40,790 nt of DNA, taken from contig JAHLWZ010000106.1 in NCBI GenBank assembly GCA_020536535.1, positions 1-40,790 on the forward strand, in the 5' to 3' direction. A program made the translations under genes and the position numbers. The notes beneath the pieces were generated by a model. It had not been told where the DNA came from. It saw only the letters and a list, made by a program, of their open reading frames with translations, and made no database searches. This document shows, piece after piece, positions 24,569 to 37,232 of the stretch. Each line of letters opens with the position of its first letter. The first letter of the stretch is position 1. The DNA comes from Pelomyxa schiedti. Lineage: Eukaryota > Protista > Evosea.

Positions 24569-27500
24569 ATGTCTTCTTCCTCGTCACCCACAGAAAAACG
24601 CAAATCCAAGCACACCCATAAGTCCGCCAGGGCCTCGGCGTCCCCCGCACGCCGGCAACGCACCCCCGACCAAAACCCCCCGCCGCCCTCCGCATCCCAC
24701 TCCCCATCTCGCTCCCGCTCTCCATCCCGCCCCCGCTCCCCCGCCGCCTCGTCGTCCTCGTCCTCCCCGCGTCGCAGAGCGAGAGGGGGGAAGAAGTCCG
24801 CAGCCGCGTCGGCGTCGCCTGTGAGGGGCGGCGAAAAGAGCCCCAGGGAAAAACGCAAGTCGTCGCACCACAGAGGCGCCTCCTCCTCCTCCTCCTCCTC
24901 TTCGTCGTCATCTGCTGGTGGGGCGGGAAGGAAGGGGGCGGCCAAGGCGGGGAGGCGGGCACTTAAATCGCCCGAGCCCGCCACCGATGTTGTGGTTTCG
25001 TCGCCAAAGGCGGGCAGGGAGAGAAAGGCAAAGGGGGGCCACCCTCGGACTAGCTCGCATTCCCGCTCCCGCTCTCGCTCCCGCTCTCGCTCCCGCTCTC
25101 GCTCCCGCTCTCGCTCTCGCTCGCCTGCTAAGGCAGCGGCAAAGGCGAAGTCTCCTTCACCTAAGATCAGCAAAGATTCTCACTCGTCTTCTTCATCCTC
25201 GCGCAAGAAGCCGCGGAATGGGTCGGGAGAAGACAACGCCAAAACTCACCACCGAAAGCATCACAAAAAAGCAGCTAAGGAACCAGAGCCTTCTGAACCC
25301 CCTTCCTCGCATTCCATTCCCTCCACTACACCGCCTCTGGATTCCACGGCATCAATGCAAGCTGCTTCACCTGCGAAAACAACAATCACATCATACTACC
25401 ACCCCTACCAAACTCAGCGAGTTCGGGCACCCTCTGGGACAGAGGACGAGGTAAAATTCCCCCTCTTTTTTTGTTTTGTACATTTCTAATGTTTCTCTAG
25501 GCGTCTTTCAAGATGAACTGGGCAAATGAGGTATTGAAGGACAAGACAACTCAACAACTTTTTCTTATGTAACCCTAAAGGAGTCTTCTATCTCCCATTT
25601 TGCTGATGTTTACCTTTCACCATCTCTATGTGAAGGGTTGAATGAGCTTGAAATCCAAAGAAGTCGACTGGCCTCTAAAGTTCTTTTCCTGTTTCATTTT
25701 TATTTGTTCATTGTAAATACAGCTTTTACTCAAACTTGCTGCTCGGATAACTCTCTCTGAGAGGGAACTGACGGTTTTTCAAAGTTGCTGCAAGCACTTT
25801 AAGGTTTTTCACCCAGTTCACCAGAGGTAGTCCTAAATCAACCAAGGCACTGGATCTTTCTTTGGAGAGCATTCGAGCAGCCCGTGAAGCTTTCCATCAG
25901 TTGACAAAATTACACATTGTTGTGGAGCGCATATCCCTGAGTTCCTGGGACGAGCCTTTGTTAAGGCTTTTGCATTACTCCACTCACACCCTCGTTCTTT
26001 GTCGCCAACCAACAAGAGATGTCCATGTTGCCGCCATCGCAAAGGTTTTTTTGTTTCAACATTTCTTTCTTTTTTTGAGAGATTTCCTAGATATGCCCTC
26101 AACTGGAACTTCTTCACATCACAAACGGTACTGAATTGACTGACAAAGCCCTGGAAACCATGCACAGCATGCACACTCTCAAGAAGGTTATTATCGTCTC
26201 CGATGCCAGGTTGCCAGGACTAGAATTCTTTTTTTTCCTTTTTAACCTTCTGAACCAAGGTTTTCTCCTGAGAAGCTTTCTGCAGTAAGTACTTTGACTT
26301 TCCACTTCCAAATCACTACCAAGTTCACGGAGAGTCTGTTCAAAATCGTCGACACTCATGCCCAACTTTTAGAGAAAAATGTATTTATTCATCAACACGA
26401 GTCGTGTATTCACACCCCACAGGTCCGGATGGTGTTGTCAACACGAGATAGACTGGAGGAAGCCCTATTTAAGCACGAAAAAACAGCTACCGAAGCCCTA
26501 CTTCACACTTTTCTCTCCTCAGTATCCGAGAAAGCTGTGAACTACACCTCTTCTATTACCAAAATAACTAAAGATTTCTACTGCATGCTCGCCGACAGGT
26601 CACTTTTTCCGTTTGTTGGTGCATAGAACTTATGTTAAACAGCCTGGGCATTTTCGGCTTCATAGTTCTCAGGTATATTGGTCATCTGTTTGACACCTGT
26701 GAACTGCGGACTCTTGATGAATGGGTCTTGCAGACAAGTTCATGGGGGCGTGCATGGTGTCGTCTGTCTCACCCTAAACCTGATGCGATCCCTTTCCACA
26801 TTTGGCAATTGACCCAGTTTATGAGTGGTTTGTTCAGGACGATGGTCGTGCACCCTGGGGAGTTCCCCATCACACAGTCATTTTTGGACACGATTGGAAA
26901 TTTAGTAAAGGCTGTGGACCTGAGTGAACTCCCTGTAAGATAAATCACCTTATGGATTGTCACTAATTGCTTCAGGTATCTGATAAAGACCTGAGCACCA
27001 TTATCACATCATGTCCAGAGATGGAAATTCTAATACTTTCCGACGCTTCACATCTCACCAGTGCCGGCTTACTTTCTGTGTCTGCCCTGAAACAGTTGAA
27101 ATTTTTCCATCTTAGTGGCACACTTCATGTTTCCCCTGCATTAATGCTTGGCCTGCATCAGCGTGGGGTGGTGCTGGAGTACGACCCTCTGAGCAAGCAG
27201 CTTTCTGACAGTGTCAGTGACTCAGCAAAACAGATTGCCTCCAACTTCACCAAAGAGGTTTCTGAAGTATTCACCAAAGTGAAACAGCGAGCATGTCGGC
27301 CTGGATGTGAGGGTTTAGTATTTGCCGACGCTGTTGGAAATCACTTTGCGAATAAGGCAAAGCTGTTTATGACTTCACTGCAGGCGGATGACGAGTTAGC
27401 CACAAGTGCAACAAAATTGTTTTTGAGGCGAAGTTCATTTGTAATGAGTACACCGGCTCTATGGGCGTTGGTTCAAGTAGAGCATGAAAAGTACAACCTT

Positions 27501-30500
27501 TTCCTACCCTGCATTTCCTTAACTCAAGCACAGGGAACGAAACGGAATATTTCATAACATCCCATCAGAACGGATATGGATTTCCCATTATGCCTACATC
27601 CAACATTCCAAGTTTGCTTCCAAGACTGAAGAAAAATCAGGAGGGAATGCTCCGCAGTCTGCTGCGGCCTCAATTTCATCGGCCATTTCTTCAATTATCA
27701 CACCTCTTATGAAAATCGGCCATAACAATGCAGTAAATCGAGCAAATCCCACTGTGGAAACCTTGGAACGAGCTCTGCTTCACCTCCCTGTAAAGTTACC
27801 AGGTAAAATACTTGCACCCTTATATTTAATGTGATGGAAATGAAGGAATGCCGCCGTACAGTTGTGTGGCAATGCAACACTTCTTCAAGTACTTCTATCA
27901 TGAACTTGTTGGGCTTCGACAAACAAAAAAGTTGGCCCCATCTGAAAAAGAGTGTGTGAAACTGTGGGCTATGTGTGGCTCAACAATTCTCCGTCAAACA
28001 ATGGATTCGTTCACGGAGGAACTAGCATCATTATCGCCATCCAAAGGGCAAAGACAACCTCAAGCTGCTGCTGTGCCTAAACCCAAACTACCATTTAAAA
28101 GTGTTACACCCACACCTTCACCTACATCATCTCCAAGAGGGCCCACTACAGCTCCTGGAAGTCGTCCTTCCAGTCCGTCACCAAGCGCAATCTCTCGCCC
28201 TTCAACAGCACCCCTCCTTCCTCCTACAGCGGATGTTGCAGTTTCCACTGTTGCAACACCATTGTCTCCAGTTTTGCAAACTGCACCCTCCACTGCATCC
28301 AATACCAAAGAATTTCAGTATCTAAAGGCAAAGGACTCAGAAATGACTGAAGAATTGGCTCGTCTGCTTCTGACCAGCAATTCCAGTGGAGAGCAACTCC
28401 ATTTCAGTGATGTACTTGCTGTGTTCCAGCGACTTTGCACAATCCCAGGATCAATAAGCCCCGCACACAACCCTACACACTCAAGCAGTGAGGCAAACAT
28501 TGGTGCATTATTGACACCCACTGAAGTTGCCACTTTATGCACACGCTTATCTGGTGCTCACAAGTCACTTTCTGATTTCTTTGGCTCACCTCAAGTATCG
28601 GGGAAGCTGGAAACTGGTGCCGTGACAGCCCAGATAACTGATGAAACTGCACTTGGAATGTGGCAACTATACGTTGTAGGGGAATTGGTTGATATGCTTG
28701 CCCCGTACTACGTTCGCTCTGATCACAACCCCTTCTTAATTGGACAAGTTCTGCTTTGCTCATTGTTATGCACCGACCTTCTGCCGGTTGTTATTTGTGA
28801 AAAAGTTGGCTTGCTCTCACTTCTTACCCCTGCGCAATATTCTCTCCTGTGGAACAGCTTATGCAACACCATGAATCCACATGTACATTGCTCTTGCGTT
28901 TTTCCTCTTTCTAACCCAGGCACAGTATGACATATTTTATAAAGAGAGCGCCTTGCATATTGTCAGCCACTGGCGGTCCTACAACTTCACCAAGATAAAA
29001 CAAGAACGCCCTAAAGGCATTCCCGCTAGGCAATATTTATTTGATTGTGTCTTTTCCTCCACCTTAAGGAGATTATGCCATGAGCATAAGGCTTCACTCT
29101 CCCCCAAAGAGTCACATAGTGCCGCTCCTGCCCAATCACTCTCCCCCACCACATTACTTGCCAATTTCAACAAATGGGAGGCACAACTCTGGAAATGTGG
29201 GAGAAACTTTGTGGAGAGCATTGACCTCAGTGATTTCCAACAGGATGAAGTCCCATATCTTGCGCACATATTGAAGTTATTGTTTCAAGAGAACTGCCCT
29301 GTGGCGTCTGTGAACTTACAGGTAAACAGCTCAAATCTTTTCATATAATTAACTCTGCAAAAGAACACAGCTGTCACTTGGAATGAACTCCGATTCCTTT
29401 CCCCCAGCTGCAAATATCTCAACCTGGACGACTGCGATATTACAGATGATGATGTTGCTGTCATATGCGGCCATTGTCCGGCACTTGAACATGTTTTCAT
29501 GCGAAACTGTTCTCGCCTCACAGATTCGTCCATTGTTCAGCTTCTCCACTTGAAATTGCAAGAAGTACCAGCGGATTTATCACTGAAAATGCTTGACATC
29601 AGTGGTAATCTTTTAATTACAGAGCCAATGCGTTCTACAATTATTCAATGTGGGGTCTATCTTCGCGCAGAGTTATTTACTGCCCAATTGAATAAGAAGA
29701 TCTGGTCTCAGAGCAAAAAAACTGCTGACAGATTCCTAGCCTCATTCAATACAAAAGTGGCACAATGGGCACCACCAGCTGAAGAAGGTGAGGCATTGGT
29801 TGACCCCTTGGAGAAGTTACTAGACAACACCACGCTTGCAGAATATCTCACGCTGGAGATCACACATCTCATTCCAAATGATGTTCGTACAACTTTAGAG
29901 AAGATACATGTGCCGGAGCACTTCTGGGAGCGAACCTATCGGAGAGCATTCAAAAGTGTCTTGTACAGTTTAACTCCACTGGTCGTACTTGTGATCGAGA
30001 GGCTAGGGTGGCTCGGCTTGCCACTCACAAACGATGAAGTGGATGAAGTTTGGATGAAAGTTCACGCCAATTACGAAGAGTATGTCGGCAAGTCCTTCAC
30101 CGAATCCAAAGAAGAAGAAGAACCCACCAAGTTACTTTCACCGCGAAAAGTGTACACCCCGTACTTCCCGAAAACAACAGTCATAACCAACAAAGATGCA
30201 AACAAAAGCTGGAAACAACACTGCCTTGAGTATTTCCTACACAGTACTGTCTTCGGGAATACCCAACATCAGACTTACGACAAACTCACCGTTTTGGAGA
30301 AATTGGGATGGATTTTTGGAAGGACATATGTACACACACTAGATTTCACTGGTGCCGTAAATCCATCACTGTTGAAAACTATCCTTCAGCATGTCAAGAC
30401 CCTTTCTCTTTTCATTGATGCTCTTCACGTACCCAGTGAAACTGCTGCCAAGTGTGATTATTGGTTCATTCCTACAGTTTGGGAAGTTGTTGTGCATGGA

Positions 30501-31806
30501 GGAGTACTTCCTGACCTCATTCAGAAGGATCTGGACAACAACTTAGCCAACACTCACACCAAGCTTACGTATAGAAGTAATGGGGCACACACCCAACCGC
30601 AACATCCCACTGCGGGCCTAACTTCCGCATCACACTCCAATACTGTACAAACCCACCCCACAACACAAACATCTTTGGATACGCACATGGATATGGCAGC
30701 GGACTGGCTGTTCACCGAGTTGGACAACCAGCTCCGGCCCCTTATGTTTGATTCCCGGATTCAAGACATCGATAGTCTACTCAAAGCACTATTTTCGTGG
30801 AGGTATAGAGTGATCTGAACTTACAGTTTTACCTTACAATCCAATAGGAAAAAAGCGGAGGAGTACTTCACAATCAAACTCCATCTGTCAGTGGCGGAGC
30901 ATGTTGTTGAACTGCACCAATTTTTATTCCGCTGCTTCTCTCGCTTTACTGCTGTTCAGCTCGTGCTGGCCATGTACAGCGGCATAACTTACACTCTTGC
31001 ACCAAACCAATTGGACGAGCTGTGGAGAATTGTAGCGGCCCGGTCCGGAATCAAAGTTCCGTCCCTTCCCCCTTCAGAGTCCGCTGGCTCTACCACAACC
31101 ACCACATCAACAACATCAACAGCCCCCGCTCTTCCCGCTGGGGTCTCAGTTCACGAATGGGTGATCAGCGAATACATATCCAAGCAGGTTGCCGATGTTG
31201 GAGTTGACGGGGAGGTTCTGCTTCTGATGCGGTACTGCGACCGCCTGCATCACATCAACCTCACCGGGGCCACCACATCGTTCCGCGTGCAGTCCCACGT
31301 CTCGGAATTCTCCGTCTTGGACGGCGGCATAACCTGCTCAATGGCCGTTGCCTGCATTGCCCACCCGGAGTCTCTCCGGTCATTCAAAATGAGAGCCTGT
31401 GAGGATGCCACCAACGCGGATATCAAGGTATACATACAACCCATCCCATTCTCTCCATCCATATTTGAACTATCCACCTTATTATTATACTATCCAAACA
31501 TACCCGAACTTACCCTGAAACTAGTTAATCTGCAGCAAGCTGCCGGAACTCACAGAACTCGAAGTGACAGGTAGCAGATACCTGACACCCGATTGCGTGG
31601 AAGACTTGCTCACGCTCAAGAACCTATCAGACCTCACGCTGTGGCTCACACCGGACGTGTCGTCGGCATCGGACACGGGTGGCCTACCGACTCTGCACCA
31701 GCTGTGCAAGACGAAGGAACCACTGAAGCAGCTAAGGCATAAACTAGGAAGGCAGCACCTACGCATCACCCTCAATGATTGGAACACTCTGGCACCGAAG
31801 AACTGA
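24569..31806 (+). CDS. Very large protein with an Arg/Ser-rich N-terminus and several clusters of AMN1/FBXL-type leucine-rich repeats
   Basis: Exon 1 carries an RS-dipeptide run. LRR-like segments include CPQLELLHITNGTELTDKAL, CPEMEILILSDASHLTSAGL, LNLDDCDITDDDVAVICGHCPALEHVFMRNCSRLTDSSI and CDRLHHINLTG...LTLKNLSDLTL. All ORF pieces are on plus and are separated by short GT-AG introns. A single gene is inferred. Confidence 0.65.
25060..25125 (+). repeat. Coding microsatellite (CGCTCC/CGCTCT)n encoding an RS dipeptide run
   Basis: cgctcccgctct units repeat in tandem and translate as RSRSRSRSRS. Confidence 0.9.
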
Positions 31807-32150
31807 CCCCCTATAACCCCAACCACACAATTTTGTATGTAAAAAAGAGAAGCAGATGTGAAAAATTCCAACTCAAAAACATGCCAAACTAGTCTTCAAT
31901 TTCTTCCTGACTCTTATTATAATTTCTATTCTAAGCGATCAAGTGGGATCGATTGTTTATCCAGAAACACCCCTTATGTGAAAAAGTCGAAGAAGTAATT
32001 TTCTGCAGAAAAGGAAAAAAATGAAGAAGAAATTGTGCATGCTAATAACAAGGTTTTGTTTTTTGTGCAACAAAAACAAAACACCACGAAAACACGAACA
32101 TACAAACGGTTTGGGGTAATGACCTATGAAAGCCCCAAAGAAAGACCTCA

Positions 32151-34152
32151 TCAGGCTCTAATGAGCATGGAAGCCGCGGCGATGGCAACGAGGGCAACGA
32201 AGCTCGGTACAAGCTTTCCGCTTGCGGATGTAGAGAAGGAGGTGGTCTCGGACGACTCCTCCTCAGAGGACTCCTCGGAGGATTCTTCTTCGGATTCAGA
32301 CTCCGACTCGGATTCGGACTCTGATTCAGACTCTGACTCGGATTCGGACTCTGATTCGGATTCAGAGGTGGATGTGGAGCGGGATGTAGATGTTGATCGG
32401 GATGTCGAGGTTGATGTGGAGTGGGAAAGAGATGCCGCAGTGCTCTCGGACTCGCTCTCAGAGAGAGAAACGGAGGTGGAGATAGAAGTAGACTCGGAGG
32501 CGCTGGTTGAAGTTGATGTGGAGTGGGACGAGGACTCCTGTGGGTAGACGGTGATGACTTCGGTGCAGGCCGGGCTCATGTACTTGGTTGTGGTCTGAGA
32601 CATAAGAACACTTGTGGGATCGTTGACTTGGCTGTCCATCTCCGCGATCAGCATGTCGGTGGTGGTATAGGTGGTGCCAGTGGTCCAGATGGTGAAGTCA
32701 ACTGTGAGGCAGACATCCGTCTCGCTTGAGGACTCCAGAGAACCGGCGGTGGATGTGGAAGTAGAGGTAGATACTGAACCAGAGTTCGAGTTGGAAACAG
32801 AGTTGGAAGTGGAGGTGGATGGGGAATGGGATTCGGATGCAGAGTCGGAGTTGGAGTTGGAAACAGAAGTGGAGGTAGAGGTCGAAGTCGAGTGGGAGGA
32901 CTCGGACACGGAGTGGGAGGATTCGGATACAGAGGCGGAAGATGAAGCGGAGGATGACGGGCTGACGGAGGTAGAGATAGACGAGGACAGAGACGAAGAA
33001 AGGGAGAGTGATTGTGAAGACAGCGAGGCGGAGATGGAGCTGTCAGCCCTAAGGTCCCTCGGAAGCAGCGCTGGTGATCCCTCCGAGGAAGAGGTAGATT
33101 CGGTGGTGGGAGAAGCCTCCGAAACTGAACTGGAAACGGAAACAGTTACAGAAGTAGGTGAAGACTCCGAGACAGAGGTGGAGGTGGAGACTGAATCAAG
33201 CCCAGAGGGAGACTCTACAACAGAGGTAGAGGTGGAGGTGGAATCAAGTCCAGACGTAGACTCGACGACAGAGGTAGACTCGACGACAGAGGTAGACTCA
33301 ACTCCAGAGGTAGACTCGACGACAGAGGTCGAGGTGGAGGTGGAGGTAGTCCCAGACGGTGACTCGACTGTTGAGCCAGAAGTCGAAATTGACCCAGAGT
33401 ACGAATACGAGGGGATGCTGCTGCAGGGTAGTACAGTAACTGACGCGATATCGATGTTTGCCTCGGGAACACTGAAGGCAACGGACAAATCGGTCTTGAA
33501 CTGGGCCCCAAAGCCGACGAGTAACGTGGAGGCTAGAAGCACACTTAAACAAGGGAAATAAGATGCGAACGAAACATACGCATATCCAACAGGCAGGTAC
33601 CGAACTCGACACCTTCCTCAGCACCCGATGTAGAGGTCGAGAGGGAGTCGGAGGCAGGGGTAGAAGTGGAGGTGGAGGTGGAGGTGGAGGTGGAGAGGGA
33701 GGCAGAGAGAGAGAAGGGCGATCCAGAATCGGAAGTAGAAAGAGAGACTGAACCTGAGGTTGATCCGGAAGTGGAGGTAGATGTTGATGTTGAACCCGAC
33801 GATGATTGAGAAACAGAGTGAGATGATTCCGATGTAGAATGGGAGCTAGAGTAAGAACCGGACTCCGATGACGAGGAAGTAGAGTGCGATGATTCAGAAA
33901 TAGAGGACGAAGCAGAGGACGACAGAGACAGAGACGAGCTCGACGTCGACTGGCTTGAAAGTGATATGCTCATAGACGAGTCTATTGTTTAGTTTTGGTG
34001 TTAAGTATTTTACTTTTTAAAACGTTTTTTTGGGGCTATGTGAAACGACAACGCGCGGCACGATTAGGGAAATTAAAAAAAAAACGAAAAAAAGTACCTT
34101 GGGCAAGGGCAACGATTACCAACAAGAATAACACGACGATAGATCTCCGCAT
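32151..34152 (-). CDS. Secreted Ser/Thr/Glu-rich mucin-like surface glycoprotein with a probable GPI signal, 3 exons
   Basis: Exon 1 (34098-34152) encodes the signal peptide MRRSIVVLFLLVIVALAQ and splices in frame to the ORF at 33973. A second intron joins EEGVEF to ASTLLVGF. The body is long ST/ES repeats and the C-terminus is hydrophobic (SASGKLVPSFVALVAIAAASMLIRA-stop). Confidence 0.82.
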
Positions 34153-34449
34153 CTTACGGTTTTTTATTCGATGCAACGAGTGTTGTTGTGTCGCTGAACG
34201 CTTCGGCGTTGGTTGTTTTTTTTGTTTAGTTTATGTTTTTGGGCAGCGGTTTGGGCTTTCTAAAAAAAAAAATCAACGCTTTCAAGGAAGGTCATTCGCC
34301 ACGTAAGTGTACACAAATGAGAAAAAAAAACAATTGCTTTTCTGAAATCAACACCCAAAAAAAGGTGTTACCTTGTTTGCTTTAGGGGAAATGTAGTTTG
34401 ATTCTCACAGACAGTGCCTACGACAGCCGATTCAGATTTGCACAATGGA

Positions 34450-35532
34450 TCATTCATCAACACTCATGTGCGGGCACAAGACAAGTGGCTGGATGAGCTG
34501 AAAGGGTACGGCGTGAGTGGGAATTTAAACGGTTTTAGGGCGTGTGTGCTTCAGGTGGATTATGGGCGGAAACAGACAGTGATACATACTGATTTTCGGG
34601 CTTCTGGACCTAATAGAATTTCCACAAGCTTCAAAGCAAACTCCATTGAAGTTCCTGGACCCCGGCTTGTTATCAAATTACCATGAACCTGCCAGAAGTA
34701 ATCCTCTTTTAAACCATCATTTGACTATCAAAAAGAAAAAGAAAAAAGGAATTTACGGGTGGAGCTTACCACTACTCTAGACGCAATAGTAGCATCATCC
34801 ATTCCAATGCCACTGAGTTCAGCAGCAAAATTTGGGTGACATGTCGCTTTGTGTCCTTCCCTGTTGTACAAATAAATGAAGGAAAGCCAAGAGTGGTTAT
34901 CAACACACAAAAGTCCATGGGTTTTGAGAACAACAACAGGCGCTGCACAGATAGCAGCGATGAGCCTGTAGAAAAAAAACCATCGTTATCTAGTAACTTA
35001 ATCTTCCATTAAACTTAAACTGCACACCCCATCTTTGCATTATGCGCCAACAGTATTTGCTTCAAACACTCCGAATCCCGAAGGTTATTGCAACCTAATA
35101 GGTATAGTTAGTTACTTAATGTAACTTGATCAAGTACAGCAGAATGCAGTCACCCTCACATAGCAGTTTTTTTTTTTTTTTTTTACTATCTTGTATCGAG
35201 CGTGTGTATATCACTTTCAACTAACATTCATGCGTTTGCGTTTGAGTTTGAGTTGTGAGTGAATATGTAGAATACATAGAACAACCGGGCATGCCGCCGG
35301 GCAGCACGAGCATGTCGTAGTCGACGCCCACGCACGCGGCCACGTCGACGTCGGGCACCACGACGAGGCCGCGGGACAGCCGCACCGGCGACATCGGCGG
35401 CGCCGAGACCGACGCCACGGTGACCTCCACCCCAGCCCGCCGCAGCACCGCCACCGCCGTCGCCATCTCCACGTCCTCCGTCCCGGTCGCAATGAAGACG
35501 GCCACCGTTTTCTTCCTGGCCGCTGCTGCCAT
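34450..35532 (-). CDS. DJ-1: DJ-1/PfpI family protein (glyoxalase/deglycase-like), multi-exon
   Basis: Motifs are [34 protein letters not shown] (nucleophile-elbow Cys), KATCHP and [21 protein letters not shown]. Confidence 0.95.
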
Positions 35533-35719
35533 CTTGTCTTCTTTTTTACTATGTTATTTTTTTTAAATTGATGGGTTGGTGATTGGTGATTTTTTTTTTG
35601 GTGGCGAACCGTCGCGTGGCGTTGGAAGTATTATTACGTGGCAAGGCTTGAGCCAGTTTATAGTTACACTTGTGATAGAGGGAAGCTGTGGGATTATGGG
35701 GTGATATGGGGGATGCATT

Positions 35720-37110
35720 TTAGTGCCGGTTGGGATTCTTGCTGTCTGCTGCTGATTTTGCGGCTTTCGCGGCCTCTATTGCGTTGATGGTTGCAGTGGT
35801 TGTGGTCTGGGTCTTGTGTGTTGCTGCAGATATGGCGGTACTGGCCTGGTGCTCGGCCGCATCAAAGTCCTTCCGTGCTGCTGTGACTGCTCCCACAATC
35901 CGGTCACGTTGCCGGGCTTTGCGGGTCACCTCTCTCTCGAAGGAGCCGTTGTCCACGTGTTGCTGTGGGTATGTGAGTTTTGGAGAAGCGAGAAATCGTT
36001 GTTTGTGTTGAGGAAAAGATTGTACTTGGTAGTCGGAAAGTGCATGGGTAGCGCGGTTAATAAAGTCAACTGCTCTGGCTGATGCACTGAAACCGGCCTG
36101 GATCGCTGTTATATCTTGTCTTACTTGCTGTGAGGCATCAGCGGCTCTTATGCCATTCAACCGTTCAATGGCGTGCTATTGCGGGTTAGTTTTATTGTGA
36201 AGCTGCGCTGATGTAAATAAATGATACTGTCAGTCTGTGAAGATGCCGTTCTGATCGAGGGAGAATTTTGGATAGCTGTTCTTCTATAACCATGGAACCC
36301 AGCCGGGAGTCAATGTCCCCACTGGTGGAATTCACCTTCTCCACAAACTCGTGGACCTGAATTTGGGTTATGGTCAGGAAATAAACTTGTAAAGAGAGTT
36401 ACCTCCTGGAAAGTCTTGTCAAAGCCCTTTGCCACTAGACCCTTGAGTACTTCCAGAAAACGTTTCCACCATCGCATAACAACATGCGGCTCTAAAGGCA
36501 CAACCATAAGCACATCAAAAAGCAAAAGGCCTTCCAACCAGGAAGTTTGCTCGGGTCGCTTAAATCCAACTCTCCATCTTCCTCTCCAATATCATCACCA
36601 CCCTCCTCCTCCTCTTCATTCTCATTCTCATTCCCATCATCGTCATCGTCATCCTCAGGCTCAATCTCCTCCTCGTTTTCGTCATTGTCGCGGTCACTGT
36701 CACTGCCAAGTTCAATTTCGCCGCCATCGATGGCACTATGAGTATGCAGCGTTGATGACATTGTGAGATAGCTCTCTACTCGGTGGTACATCTTGGCTGC
36801 GGATTGCAGGTTCCTTGCCGCGGTTCGCGCATTTGGCGATGAACCTTGGTTCTCCAGTGACATTAATGAAAGGATGGCGTTCCCTCTGGCAATGTAAGCC
36901 TCTGTTTCTCTGCATCAGAAAAAGAGAAAGCAGTTAAGGAAAGAGCACGTAATCGAGGAAGGAAGGAAAAAGAGAAACAAGAACGACCACTTTGTTGTCG
37001 AAGAGCAAGCCCGGTCCATTAGATCTCTGTCGTTTCGTCGCATCTCCGAACTTTTTTCTTTTTTTTTTTGTTCAGTGATCTGGTATCCAAAGGATCTCCA
37101 GTTTCCATAC
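35720..37110 (-). CDS. Hypothetical multi-exon protein with an acidic (D/E) tract and an Ala-rich helical C-terminus
   Basis: Minus-strand ORFs 36492-36863 (EEEIEPEDDDDDDGNENENEEEEE), 36310-36537 and 35720-36160 are consecutive. The start is uncertain and no family is recognised. Confidence 0.45.
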
Positions 37111-37232
37111 TTGAGCGCCCAAACCAAGGAGTGGTAGTTGCCAGCTGTCGGTTTTCAACCCGGTTTTAACTCCCGTCAAAGTGCTCTTTCATCAAAGAAA
37201 CAGCAGGGCGAAAAGAGGGAGACCATCACGGC

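Noticed and set aside
32035-33561. Plus-strand acidic ORFs with SDSDSD/EVEVEV repeats (32035-32547 and 32671-33561)
   Set aside because: They are the reverse complement of the Ser/Thr codon repeats. The minus strand has the signal peptide, splice sites and GPI-like tail.
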